Below, one piece after another: positions 11,627-24,245 of a stretch of DNA of 64,000 nucleotides. How positions within the stretch are numbered: the first letter of the stretch is position 1; each line of letters opens with the position of its first letter. The notes beneath the pieces were generated by a model, which saw only the letters and a list, made by a program, of their open reading frames with translations, did not search any database and was not told the origin of the DNA. The DNA comes from Octopus vulgaris. Lineage: Eukaryota. The stretch lies in contig OX597837.1 of NCBI GenBank assembly GCA_951406725.2, positions 23,932,001 through 23,996,000 of the forward strand. The letters run 5' to 3'. The position numbers and the translations under genes were made by a program.

Positions 11627-11840
11627 AGGCAGTGAACTGGCAAAACCATTTGCACACCGGGTAAAATGCTTAGCAGCATTTCATCCATTTTTATGTTCTA
11701 AGTTCAAATACTGCTGAGGTCGACTTTGCCTTTCATCCTTTTGGGGTTGATAAAAACAAGCACCTGTTGAGCATTGGGGTCGATGCAATCGAATATCCCA
11801 GCCTCCCAAAAACTTTTGGGCTTTCTATAGTAGAAAGGAT
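11627..11840 (+). mobile_element. SINE family B
   Basis: Family head, core and ATT-type tail. Confidence 0.8.
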
Positions 11841-11873
11841 TATTGTTATTATTATTATTATAAGTAGTATTAT

Positions 11874-12497
11874 AGGCACAGGAGTGGCTGTGTGGTAAGT
11901 AGCTTGCTTACCAACCACATGGTTCCGGCTCAGTCCCACTGCATGGCATCTTGGGCAAGTGTCTTCTGCTATAGCCTCGGGCCGACCAATGCCTTGTGAG
12001 TGGATTTGGTAGACGGAAACTGAAAGAAGCCTGTCGTATATATGTATATATATATATGTATGTGTGTGTGTATGTTTGTCTGTCTGTGATTGTCTCCCTA
12101 GCATTGCTTGACAACCAATGCTGGTGTGTTTACGTCCCCGTCACTTAGCGGTTCGGCAAAAGAGACCGATGGAATAAGTATTGGGCTTACAAAAGAATAA
12201 GTCCCGGGGTCGATTTGCTCGACTAAAGGCGGTGCTCCAGCATGGCCGCAGTCAAATGACTGAAACAAGTAAGAGAGTAAAAAAGAGAGAGTGTCTGTGT
12301 TTGTCCCTCCAACATCGCTTGACAACCGATGCTAGTGTGTTTACGTCCCTGTCAATTAGCGGTTCGGCAAAAGAGACTGATAGAATAAGTACTAGGCTTA
12401 CAAAAGAATAAGTCCCGGGGTCGATTTACTCGACTAAAGGCGGTGCTCCAGCATGGCCGCAGTCAGATGACTGAAACAAGTAAAAGAGTAAAAGAGT
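11874..12497 (+). mobile_element. SINE family A with tandemly duplicated 3' half
   Basis: 3' module (gtttgtccc...gaaacaagtaaaagag) at ~12075-12285 and again at ~12292-12497. Confidence 0.9.
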
Positions 12498-12889
12498 TAT
12501 CATTCTAGTTTTTGACTCACCATTTCCCTGGACTAATATTTTTTAATAAATGCCTTCCGTCTCTTTTGGAAATCTATCAATTAATGCTGTAGAGTTACTA
12601 TGCTGTCTTTGCATTACGATAGCGTTCCATGCCGTAAAGCATATGGCTTTTGTTGGCTTTTATTTCATTGGCAGAGTGGAGTGAGAGTGATTTTATTTCT
12701 TTTCTATTATGATGGATAATGCTTGTGTCGTGAAAAATATTCCATTACACTATGATTGTCATTTAGTAAATGTTTGTGTTGGAAAATGCATTGTTTGTAC
12801 AACGTGTTTATCATGACACGTGAATTATAATAATGTTTGTAGAGAGATAATATTTGTTGTGAGAATGTGTTTGGTAGGCTATGTCTTGT

Positions 12890-13167
12890 ATCTTTTACTT
12901 GATTCAGTCATATGACTGTGGCCGTGCTGGGGCACCGCCCTCAAGGGTTTTAGAAAAAACAATTTGACCCCAGGACTTGTATTTATTTTTTTTTTAAGCC
13001 TTGTACTTATTTCATCAGTCTCTTTTGTCAAATTGCTAAGTTACAGGGATATAAACACACTACACCAAATGACAGGTGGGGGTGAAGGGACACAGACACA
13101 AAGACACATATGCATGTATATATATATATATATATACAAGCCCATCATGTATATATATACATTTATA

Positions 13168-13198
<31 letters not shown>

Positions 13199-13545
13199 CA
13201 AAATAAGCAATAAGAAACAATTGTACTACTCTATCTTGGATATCCTTGTTGTTTATTTTGATTATAATCACCCTATGTGATTTATATGGATAATACCATA
13301 CAAAATTCTGGTGCCTTTAACTTAAGTACCATATTCATCAGAATCTAAATTTTGCTGAACTTATATATATATATACACACACATGATGAGCTTCTTTCAG
13401 TTAACATTTTCCAAATCTACTCACAAGGCTTTGGTTGGCCTGCGGCTATGGTAGAAGACACTTGCTCAAGGTGCCATGCAGTGGGACTGAACCTGAAACT
13501 ATGTGGTTGGTAAGCAAGCTTCTTACCACACACCCATACCTGCCT
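12890..13545 (-). mobile_element. Older SINE family A with expanded, interrupted linker
   Basis: 3' half 12890-13110, 5' half 13385-13545. Confidence 0.7.
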
Positions 13546-13567
13546 ACACAAAAAAATTATTTTCAGA

Positions 13568-13860
13568 TGTCTTGCAAACAACTTGCATATGCAAGTGCTA
13601 CCAGTCAAGAACTCTGCATACCGGAAGCCAGCAAGTGTATGGGGTCATCAGGAGAGAATGTGCGCCGTTTCGGGGCCTACCTCTCGACGGCATCGATGCC
13701 ACCCCTCCCACTGATATGAGGCCCCGCTTGCTAGATCAACTGGTTATTAAATAAAGCTCACTATTTCTCTAGCCGTTGCTCATCGTCAAGTTTAAAGTGT
13801 CTTAGTTTAACATGTTATTGCATTGAGTTCACTTCATATATGGTTTTCGCTTCGACAACA
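13568..13860 (+). mobile_element. Possible solo LTR or LTR fragment
   Basis: CpG-rich unique island starting TG and ending caaca, with internal AATAAA at ~13750; no clear target-site duplication. Confidence 0.3.
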
Positions 13861-13864
13861 CATG

Positions 13865-14162
13865 TTCCAGTTGATTTAATCAACAGAACATCCTGCTCGT
13901 GAAATTAGTGTGCAAGTAGTTGAGCACTCTATGACCATGCATACCCTTAATGGAGTTCTCGGAAGAGATTCAACATGACACAGAATGTGACAAAGCTGGC
14001 CCTTTGAATTACAGGTACTACTCATTTTGGCCCACTGAGTGCCCTGGAGTAACCTGAAATAAAGTATTTTGCTCAAGGATAAAATGCATCGCTGAGAATT
14101 GAACTCACAGTCTTGTGATCTTGAGCTAAATATCCCTATCCACTAAGTCATATGCCTTCACA
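13865..14162 (-). mobile_element. tRNA-derived SINE (family F)
   Basis: Minus-strand head gaaggcatatgacttagtgg...gtgagttcaattctc, ccttgagcaa motif; related fragment at 47850-48040. Confidence 0.65.
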
Positions 14163-14190
14163 TTGTCTTGCTTTAGGGAAGATACATGGC

Positions 14191-14445
14191 TTTATTTACA
14201 TTATTTACATTTGACGGATATTTGTCCTCATCTTCTTTGTTGAAACTGATTTGTTGTGAGAATGTGTTTGGTAGGCTATGTCTTGTATCTTTTACTTGAT
14301 TCAGTCATTTGACTGTGGCCATGCTGGGGCACTGCCCTCAAGGGTTTTTGACAAACAATTTTCGACAAACAAGATGAGGACAAATATCTGTCAATTGTAA
14401 ATAATGTAAATAATGTACATAATTCCTCATCTCTTAAATATAGAA
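14191..14445. mobile_element. Inverted Penelope-type tails flanking a captured copy of local DNA
   Basis: 14194-14242 is the reverse complement of 14366-14415; the middle 14250-14348 matches 12853-12951. Confidence 0.75.
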
Positions 14446-15889
14446 AAGATACATAGTTGCCACACATTATATGTTTAGACAAGTTGGAGCACTTGAGAAG
14501 TGAATAAAAGGAAGGTTGTGGTGGAGTACCAGAGCAAGCACCTAAGGAACCAGAAGGTGAATAGAAGAGAGGATACAGACAGTGGGTTATGGCAGCAGAG
14601 GAAACGGTGGATGGCACCTTGTTGTACTCAAGAAGACCCATTCTCCACAGCAGAAGTGTTAATGCTACTTCCCCTGCTGAAGAGGATTGGCCTGCATGTG
14701 TCTTGTGTCAGTGTCACATAAAAAGTACCCATGGTGGAACCACATAAAAAAGCACCCATGGTGGCACCATATAAAAAGCACACAGCACACTCTGCCAAGT
14801 GGTTGGCACTAAGAAGAACATCCAGATTTAGAAACCAAGCCCAATCAGACTGGAGCCTGATGTGGCTTTCCTGTTTGCCAGCTCTGGTCGTACCATACAA
14901 CCCATGCCAACATGCAAAACAGACACTAAAGATGATGAGGATGAGGATGATGATGAAGAAGAGAGATGTTTATATTAAACAAGGGAATTGGATATGTTTG
15001 GTTATAATCTGTTTAAGTGGTACAAATATGAATTACAGACTATATAATACAATATATATTCATTGGAATTTTGCAAGTAGAGTTCAGATAATTGGTTACG
15101 ATTCTGACTGATGTAATGATATCTTTTACTTGTTTCAGTCATTGCACTGTGGCCATGCTGGAACACTGGCAGGAAGGATTTATTCAAATATCAACCCAGT
15201 ACTTATTGTTTTTTTTTAAGACTGGTACTTTTTCTATCAGCCTCTTTGCTGAGCAACTAAGTCACAGGGACATAAACAAACCAACAGCTATGGGGTACAC
15301 CATTAACAATGAGATACAAACACACATTACTACAAAGCTGCTATGTGATCAGTTGTTTGGTTTTAATATTTTATCTTCTTTTTCTACGTGTGTTGTTCGT
15401 TAATGCTTTGCCAGAGATGACTTATAAGCTATTCCTACTACATGAGAGCATGGCTTCACAGGATTAAAAAAATGTCTCTATGACTTTAAATTATCTTCCA
15501 ATGAGATGGTCTTTAATGATGTGATTGTAAATGAAGTCCTCAGCTAAAGTAGTTATTCACTAAAAATGAGACAACAATATTACTAATTCAACTTCCACTA
15601 GAGAAGGATTCACTGCTTGTGATATAATCCGCCATTTCATTTGCTGATAACAACATCAACAGCTAAACCGTTCTTCAAATTTCTAATTTTTCCATGACCA
15701 CAAAACCATAAGATTTTTTGATAAAACTAATATAAAATTTCACTTTCTACCAGATTGAATTTCACCCAAACGTGACGCAAGTCCATCCATCCCTCTTCCC
15801 TGCCCATCATTCCTAGAAGGGTCATTGAGTTAGAGTCCTTGGGCATCTCCTCCATAGGGTTCTATCAGAAACAACTGACTTTTTTACTT

Positions 15890-16253
15890 GATTCTCGATT
15901 GATTCATGACCAACTGAAACTATGAATATAATCCAGCCATCTTGTTCTTGGTTCACCTCTATGGCTTCTGCCAGTTGGCTTGGAGAATCCATTTTGTTAT
16001 TCTTTCCTGCAACACTCCAATCACATACTCTTTACTCTTTTACTCTTTTACTTGTTTCAGTCATTTGAGTGTGGCCATGCTGGAGCACCGCCTTTAGTCA
16101 AGCAAATCAACCCCAGGACTTATTCTTTGGAAGCCTAGTACTTATTCTATCGCTCTTTTGCCGAACCGCTAAGTTACGGGAACGTAAACACACCAGCATC
16201 GGTTGTCAAGTGATGTTGGGAGGATAAACACAGACACACAAACACACACATAC

Positions 16254-16298
<45 letters not shown>

Positions 16299-16880
16299 TA
16301 TGACGGGCTTCCTTCAGTTTCCGTCTACCAAATCCACTCACAAGGCTTTGGTCGGCCCGAGGCTATAGTAGAAGACACTTGCCCAAGGTGCCACGCAGTG
16401 GGACTGAACCCGGGACCATGTGGTTGGTAAGCAAGCTACTTACCACACAGCCACTCCTATGCCTATTACATGTCTGTAATACCAAAGCTGTGACCATTGC
16501 TCAATGCAGAGAAATCGCAGTTTGACCTGGAGAGGCTCTTTGATCTCCAACCTGTGCACCCCATTTAGTAACATTACTCCAGCGGTCCTTCAGAGGAGTC
16601 AGATTTCTGTCACTAGTATTTGCAGTCATACTCTTTCGGTACTCCAACATTTATGACTTTGGATGATCATAAGCATGTAAACCAAATTGACAACGATAAA
16701 TTCATTTTTTTTCTTTGCCAACCTCTCATCTTCTGAGAATCAAATGCCAGAGCTGGCTTTTTCTTGTGCCAGCACCTGAAATTCTGACATCCAATTCAAC
16801 CTCCTGCCTTCCATCACTCATGAATATGGCCCCAAGATACTTTATGCCTCTTTGCACTTGCATATTGAATTTGGAAAAAT
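15890..16880 (-). mobile_element. Degenerate RTE-like LINE fragment interrupted by SINE A
   Basis: Minus-strand KYLGAI-like and ...RGEPRTRWLDYI-like remnants. Confidence 0.4.
16028..16465 (-). mobile_element. SINE family A, full length, little diverged
   Basis: Near-consensus copy with (cttttact)n tail. Confidence 0.9.
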
Positions 16881-17112
16881 ATATAGCCTGCATACTTATA
16901 AACATGTGAATGTATAGTAATGCATGGCTTATGGTTGTGTGTGTGTGTGTGTGTGTGTGTGAGTGAGAGAGAGATGGGCTTTGGTTGAAGGAAACGGGAA
17001 ACTTTCTGGTTGTTCTGCAAGTAACTGCAGAATCATCTTTTTTGGACTCAAGAAATTGCCAGCAATTTTAACTGTTTGGCTCATTAGATTGACTGCTAAT
17101 TTTAACAGCAAA

Positions 17113-17268
17113 AGGAGTGACTGTGTGGTAAGTAGCTTGCTTACAAACCTCATGGTTCCGGGTTCAGTCCCACTGCGTGACACCATGGGCAAGTGTCTTC
17201 TACTATAGCCTCGGGTGGACCAAAGCCTTGTGAGGGGATTTGGTAGACGGAAACTGAAAGAAGCCCAT

Positions 17269-17300
<32 letters not shown>

Positions 17301-17577
17301 CCGTTGGAGGAACGTCCAATAATAATATATTTGTTCCGCGTCCTCGCGTTGTTGTGTTTCTTTGTGCTTTCTTGTTTGGATTAACTTTATATATATATAT
17401 GTGTGTGTGTGTGTTTGTGTGTCTGTGTTTATGTCCCTGTAACTTGGCGGTTTGGCAAAAGACACCGATAGAATAGGTACTAGGCTTACAAAGAATAAGT
17501 CCTGGGTTCGATTTGCTCAACTAAAGGTGGTGCTCCAGCATGGCCACCGTCAAATGACTGAAACAAGTAAAAGAGTA
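17113..17577 (+). mobile_element. SINE family A with a Penelope-type fragment (17301-17388) in its TA linker
   Basis: The insert matches 39080-39158 (ttgttccacgtcctcgcgttgttgtgttt). Confidence 0.85.
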
Positions 17578-17713
17578 TAAATATATAGATAATGCAGATG
17601 TGTATCTGTAAATTCTTGCATCCTTTTAGAATGTAAGTTTTCCTGTGAAGATAAATATGTATATTCCCCAGTGTATAAGTGTATCTATACCTTTTACCTT
17701 TCACTAGTTTCAT

Positions 17714-17945
17714 ATTTCTTTACTACCCACAAGGGGCTAAACATAGAGGGGACAAACAAGGACAGACAAAGAGATTAAGTCGATTATATTGACCCAAGTG
17801 CGTAACTGGTACTTAATTTAGTGACCCCTAAAGGATGAAAGGCAAAGTCGACCTCGGCGGAATTTAAACTCAGAACGTAGTGGCTGACAAAATATCGCTA
17901 AGCATTTCGCCCGGTGTGCTAACGATTCTGCTAGCTCGCCACCTT
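17714..17945 (-). mobile_element. SINE family B
   Basis: Full consensus match. Confidence 0.9.
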
Positions 17946-18161
17946 CAATTGTGAAACCTTTCACTAGTTTCAGTCATTGGACTGTGACCATGCTGGAACA
18001 CTGCCTTGGAGGGTTGCTTTTAGTTGAAGCCTGGTTCTTTTTCTGTTGATTTTTTTTTTTTTGTTTTTTGCTGAACCAGTAAGTATGAGAGACATAAACT
18101 AATCAAAATCAGTTGTCAAGTAGTGATGGGGCACAAAAACAAACAAACACACACACACACA

Positions 18162-18392
18162 CGATCGTGGCCGTTTGCCAGCCTCGTCTAGCACCTGTGC
18201 CGGTGGCACGTAAAAAGTACCCACTACACTCACGGAGTGGTTGGCGTTAGGAAGGGCATCCAGCTGTAGAAACACTGCCAGATCAGACTGGGCCTGGTGC
18301 AGCCTTCGGGCTTCCCAGACCCCAGTTGAACCATCCAACCCATGCTAGCATGGAAAGCGGACGTTAAATGATGATGATGATGATGATGATGA
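18162..18392 (+). mobile_element. RTE 3' tail (family C) inserted in a SINE A linker
   Basis: gtgccggtggcacgtaaaaag unit, (GAT)n tail. Confidence 0.85.
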
Positions 18393-18594
18393 AATCAACT
18401 CGCATAAATAAACCAAGATAATTTGTCATACAGTAGGAGTAGGGTGACAAACTCAAAAAAAAAAACACACACAGCCTTGGTCTAGTGCTATCATAGAAGA
18501 CACTTGCCCACCAACAAATCATGTGACTGGAAAACAAACTTCTTACCATACAGCCATAACTGTGCCTATATTTGTACCCTTTTTTGGAATGTGT

Positions 18595-18903
18595 TATCAT
18601 TGTTTGTTCCTTCTCGAGCTACGCCTGGCTCATTAGGGCCAGTTTCCCGGTTTCCTTGGCATATAGGTTCCCCACCTGGACAGGACGCCGGTATGTCGCA
18701 GGTGAGCTGCAAGATGCAAGAGGAAAGAGTGAGAGAAAGTTGTGGCGAAAGAGTCAGCAGAATTTTGCCATTACCTTCTGCCGGAGCCACGTGGAGCTTA
18801 GGTGTTTCGCTCATAAACACACACATAACCCAGTCTGAGATTTGAACCCATGATCCCTCGACCGCGAGTCCACTGCTCTAACCACTAGGCCATGTGCCTC
18901 CAC
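18595..18903 (-). mobile_element. tRNA-derived SINE (family E)
   Basis: Minus-strand tggcctagtggttagagcagtggactcgcggtc...gggttcaaatctc (A/B boxes); related copy at 27425-27705. Confidence 0.75.
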
Positions 18904-19309
18904 AATGTGTTATCATAGGATGTTATAAATAGTGATACACAGAATTAACTTGATGTTACATGAAATTCAAACAAGCGCTTCATGGTCTGAATAATGATGA
19001 TTAAATACAAATTCATAATATTACCTGTGAAATGTTTTTTAATCCAGCTGTTTAACAGTTTGTTATTTATTTCTATTTTTATATAATTTTGTATTTTGTT
19101 TTAAATATCTCCTGAAATATTAAATTTCAGTAACTGTTATTGTATATTTTCAGCCCTCTTTATTATTATTTTTTAATTTATGGCTTATGTTTTTTTTAGT
19201 CTTTTAAATAAAAATATAATACTTTGATATCATTTTATAATGATGTATCATTATTAATTAATTAAATTGTCATAATTCCAATAAGTCATTTTTGAGAAAA
19301 ATACATTTT

Positions 19310-20247
19310 AGCCCTTTTGTTACTAACCTGGCTGAAACTGGCTCTGTAGTACAAATGTCTTGTTTTCAAAAGTTATGAATTAAAATCTTCCACCAAAACT
19401 TAGTCACAATTTATGTTCCTAACACTAACTGAATGACAACTAAGTTCATCATCATCATCATTTCATTTAGCGTCCGTTTTCCATGCTAGCATGGGTTGGA
19501 CGGTTCAACTGGGGTCTGTGAAGCCAGAAGGCTGCATCAGGCCCAGTCTGATCTGGCAGTGTTTCTACGGCTGGATGCCCTTCCTAACGCCAACCACTCC
19601 GCGAGTGTAGTGGGTGCTTTTTACGTCCCACCCACACAGGTGCTAGATGGAGCTGGCAAACGGCCACGAACGGATGGTGCTTTTACATGCCACCGGCACG
19701 GGGGCCAGGCGAGGCTGGCAACAGACACGAACGGATGGTGCTTTTATGTGCCACTGGCACGGAGGCCAGTCGGGGCGGCGCTGGCAACGGCCACAATCGG
19801 ATGTTTTGCTTAAACCACAGCTGCAATTTCCATTGATGTTGATCGACTTCGATTTTGGTTCTGCTTTCTGATATCTGATTTGATTTGGTTTGATTTTGAT
19901 TTTGATTTTGACTTTTGATTTTCACTTGTCTCAACGGGTCTTCACAAGTGGAGTTTTGAAAGTTCGAAGGTCATGCTTCCCAAGAAGGAAAGGTATGTAG
20001 GCCACAGGTCATGTTCTCACTGGTCTTTCCGGGTCTTCTCATGCACAGCATACTTCCATAGGTCTCGGTCTATAGTCATTTCCTTGGTGAGACCTAAAGT
20101 TCGAAGGTCGTGCTTCACCACCTCGTCCCATGTTTTCCTGTGTCTACCTCTTCCACAGGTTCCCTCAACTGCTAGGGTGTGGCATATTTAAAGTAATTGA
20201 AAGAAACACAGAACATCTCAAAATAAATACAGTAACAAAAGGGTTAA
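19310..20247. mobile_element. piggyBac-like MITE (CCCTTTTGTTAC...GTAACAAAAGGG-TTAA) split by an RTE insertion
   Basis: Matching terminal inverted repeats at 19312 and 20232-20243; TTAA at the right end. Confidence 0.6.
19447..20187 (-). mobile_element. RTE-clade LINE 3' end: ORF C-terminus plus family C 3'UTR
   Basis: Minus-strand VEGTCGRGRHRKTWDEVVKHDLRTLGLTKEMTIDRDLWKYAV (RTE GRP-W and DR-W motifs), contiguous with hairpin units and (GAT)n tail. Confidence 0.85.
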
Positions 20248-20467
20248 TGCTTGTTATGGAAGCTTTTTGTTTTTACCTTGTGCAACTGAAAATTAGCTAA
20301 TTTGTCTGAAAATCAATTATACAGCACTTTCACAGATGGAAATTATAACTGAGACATCTCCAACACATGACCATTGTAGTGAACCTAAGATGTTTGAGGA
20401 GAAATGACTATTTAAATCATTAGTAACATTAGTATATAAAGAGATTTAACATTATCAGCCGCATATA

Positions 20468-20677
20468 TTCTTTTACTTGTTTCAGTCATTTGACTGCAGC
20501 CATGCTGGAGCACCGCCTTTAATTGAGCAACTCGACCCCGGGACTTATTCTTTTGTAAGCCCAGTACTTATTCTATCGGTCTCTTTTGCCAAACCGCTAA
20601 GTAACGGGGACATAAACACACCAGCATCGGTTGTCAAGCAATGCTAAGGGACAAACACAGACACACAAACACACACA

Positions 20678-20732
<55 letters not shown>

Positions 20733-20893
20733 GACGGGCTTCTTTCAGTTTCCGTCTACCAAATCCACTCACAAGGCTTTGGTCGGCCCGAGGCTATAGT
20801 AGAAGACACCTGCCCAATGTGCCACGCAATGGGACTGAACCAGGAACCATGTGGTTGGTAGACAAGCTACTTACCACACAGCCACTCCTGCGC
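20468..20893 (-). mobile_element. SINE family A, full length
   Basis: Consensus match. Confidence 0.9.
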
Positions 20894-20999
20894 TTAATAT
20901 TTATGCTTAGTATATGTTTGCCATTAGGCTGTGGTTTGCTATGGTGAAGAATACTCTCTCAATTTACAGAACTTCATTCATATCTATGCACCTATCTTT

Positions 21000-21662
21000 T
21001 ATCTTTTACTTGTTTCAGTTATTAAATTATGGCCATGCTGGGGCATTGCCTTGAAGAATTTTTAGTCAAATAAATCAATCACTGTACTTAATTTTGTTAA
21101 GCCTGGTACTTATTTTATTGGTCTCTTTTGCTGAACCACTAAGTTATGGGGATGTAAACACACCAACACCAGTTATCAAGTGGTGCTTGGGGGACAGACA
21201 CAGATACACAGACACAAACACACACACATCTATATATACATATACAATATAAAAAGGCGGCGAGCTGGCAGAAACATTAGTACACCAGGCGAAATGCGTA
21301 GCCGTATTTCGTCTGCTGTTACGTTCTGGGTTCAAATTCCGCCGAGGTCGACTTCGCCTTTCATCCTTTCGGGGGTCGATAAATTAAGTACCAGTTACGC
21401 ACTGGGGTAGATATAATCGACTTAATCCGTTTGTCTGTCCTTTTTTGTCTCCTCTGTGTTTAACCCCTTGTGGGTAGTAAAGAAATATATATATACATAT
21501 ACGATGGGCTTCTATCAGTTTCCATCTACCAAATCCACTCGCAAGGCTTTGGCCAGCCTGAGACTATAGTAGAAGACACTTGCCCAGGGTGCCACACAGT
21601 GGGACTGAACCCAGGACCGTGAAATTTGGAAGCAAGTTTCTTACCACACAGCCATGCCTGCA
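21000..21662 (-). mobile_element. SINE family A with SINE B (+, 21256-21486) in its linker
   Basis: Both halves of A flank a full-length B copy. Confidence 0.85.
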
Positions 21663-22831
21663 CCTCGAACTTGCATTACTGCATTTTTATAGTGAGGACA
21701 GAGGTTCACAAGAGAGTTGTTGTTGCTGAAGAAATCATCGGATTTACAATTTTAACTATTAACTCCAAATTACTCTTTCTATACATTGGAAAGGAATAGA
21801 TTTTAAATGTGCAGTAATTAATATGCTGAGTTTTTAATTGTGTAGTATTTGCTGTATTAATTTTGACAAATTTGCTATTGTTAGATAGCATATTATTGAT
21901 TTTTAGAATATATTTTCTTCGTGTCCATAATAGCATACACATTACATTTATTATCACTTCTACATATTACAGTTTTATCGTTGTTTTTCAGATTTATATA
22001 GGGCTTGTTTGAATTTTATGTTAAGTACTTTTTTATTGTGTGAACATCTTATGTTTTATTACATCCACCTCTGGAATAAGTCTCAAAGTTGTTTACTTAT
22101 TTTTTTTTATTGAATTATATCATTATATCGAAGATTCTCTCGGGATTACTAAAATAATCCAGAGTTTGACTTCCTTTCAGATTTTGTCGTATTTTCCTTT
22201 TAGAAGGAAGTTTCTGCGAAGATTGAGGAATATAATTTGATTTGGACTCGGTGTATGTGTGTGTTTGTGGTGTAGAGGTTAAAGAATTTATCTTATGTCT
22301 GTAACATTATTTCACTACAACAGAATTTTCTTGGATTTTTTTTTTTTTTTTTTTTTTAGATCTTATTTATTATTCAGCACGAACTCAATGTCTGTACATT
22401 TTCTACAGATGAGAAAATATTATTTAGTAAAGGATTGTTTCTTGGTGATTTATCAATGTCATCACAGCTTTTCCATTTCTACTGTATTTACTTATTTATT
22501 TATATATTTTCTTTTCCGAGTTGCTCGACCTGTGTGGCAGCCAGTCTTTTTTGAAACTCCACCGTACATCTTTTGTTTTTGCTGTCTTATTGCCCTATAG
22601 ATTATATCTTTGTGAATGGGGGAGCAGCTTTACTTTCAAGCATAACTGTGCTTCACTTTAAATCTTTTATCAACTGTTTTACATATATAAGCACAGGTGT
22701 GGCTGTGTAGGAAAAAGTTTGCTTCGTACCACAGAACAATGTGAATAAGTAAGCATTACATTTGACAGAGTAATCTGAATGCCAAAGACTTTAAAATATT
22801 TAGCCATTAAGTTTGCTTCCTAATCATATAT

Positions 22832-23111
22832 ATTTCTTTATTACCCACAAGGGGCTAAACATAGAGGGGACAAACAAGGACAGACAAAGGTATTAAGTCG
22901 ATTACATCGGCCCCAGTGCGTAACTGGTACTTAATTTATCGACTCCGAAAGGATGAAAGGCAAAGTCGACCTCGGCAGAATTTGAACTCAGAACGTAACG
23001 GCAGGCGAAATACGGCTACACATTTCGCCCAGTGTGCTAACGATTCTGCCAGCTCACCGCCTTACACCAGCTCCCCGCCTTACACCAGCTCGCCGCCTTA
23101 ACCAGCTCGCC
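22832..23111 (-). mobile_element. SINE family B with its 5' 18-mer tandemly repeated
   Basis: ccagctc(a/c/g)ccgcctta repeated 3-4 times at 23049-23111. Confidence 0.85.
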
Positions 23112-23319
23112 AAAATAATAGCATGTTGAGTTCCTTATTTGCCTTTTATGTTTAGTTTGGTGTCTCAATGATTGTAAGTCTATTAATTTCTACCTCTTCT
23201 TGATCCTGACTTCTGGATGAAGTAGTTATTGGTGGAATTTTCTTTTATTATCAGTTGTTGCAGTGGGTGGCAAAGATCATGGTGGACATGTAATTAACAA
23301 TAAAATCATCATCTCCGAA

Positions 23320-23540
23320 TTAACCCTTTAGCATTTAACCTAACTATATTCAACTCCAATATTCTACCCATTTTAATTAAGCTGACTCAAACTGACCTCT
23401 CACACCTACCCTACAACACCATTCTAAAAATACACAAATCACATCATCAAAATCTCAAAGCTACAAGATTATGCAGGATTAATTCAAAACAATGTGAATA
23501 AATAAGCATTACATTTGATAGAATAATCTGAATATTTAGC
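23320..23540. mobile_element. MITE-like repeat (same family as the 4533-4953 arms)
   Basis: ttaaccctttagcattt...aataagcattacatttga. Confidence 0.65.
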
Positions 23541-23643
23541 CATTAACTCCAAGTTACTTTTGGTAATCGGTTAATGTTCTTAGTTTACTAATGGTTTTAC
23601 TGCATCTGTCTATATTAAATTTAGGTTTGTGTTATATTATTAA

Positions 23644-23945
23644 CTAGCAGTATCGCCCAGCGTTGCTCGGGTTTGTAAGGGAAATAACTATATAAGCATT
23701 TTTAGAGAGTTACTTCCCTTTTATAATAGCAATAAAAATGCATTAAAAATGGAAAAAATTATGGTAAATTTTTTTTTTAATCGTAGACTCATCGTAGACG
23801 CGCGCTAATACCCAGAAGGGCTCGATATGAATCATGACTATAAGATACCCGCTTTTGGTTATACTGCACCGCAAAATGTGAGAGTAGTTAGGAATTTAAA
23901 TCGTAGGAAACAGACAGCACACAACCTCACTTTTATATATAAAGA
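23644..23945 (-). mobile_element. Non-autonomous Helitron
   Basis: Minus strand: 5' TC(tttatatataaaag), subterminal hairpin cccgagcaacgctggg, 3' CTAG, inserted between A and T. Confidence 0.8.
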
Positions 23946-24245
23946 TAAATCTTCACTCACTAATCATGTCAGTTCTTGTGGAATTCTGTTTAACATGAGT
24001 GGGTTATCAACCAAAGTCTTGCCTGCTTGATTTTATTTTGTACACTGAACTGGTGGTGGCACCACACAAAATGCACTGGTGCCATGTAAAACAGCACCCA
24101 TGCTGACACCATGTAAAATGCTTCCATGATGGTGCCACATAAAAAGCACCCAGTACACTCTGTAAAGTGATTGACCTTAGGAAGGGCATCCAGCCATAGA
24201 AACCAAGTCAAAGCAGACTATGGAACTTGGTGCAGACAGTTTCTT

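Noticed and set aside
13640-13680. Minus-strand GAAAC...CTGATGA as a possible type II hammerhead
   Set aside because: The required stems cannot pair (cccc on both sides of stem II).
13700-13713. ccacccctcccactg shared with the 155-bp array unit
   Set aside because: A short low-complexity C-rich match with no flanking similarity.
22181-22252. Possible small exon (ttcctttcag ... gtatgt)
   Set aside because: Weak splice context, a stop in the obvious frame and no supporting homology.
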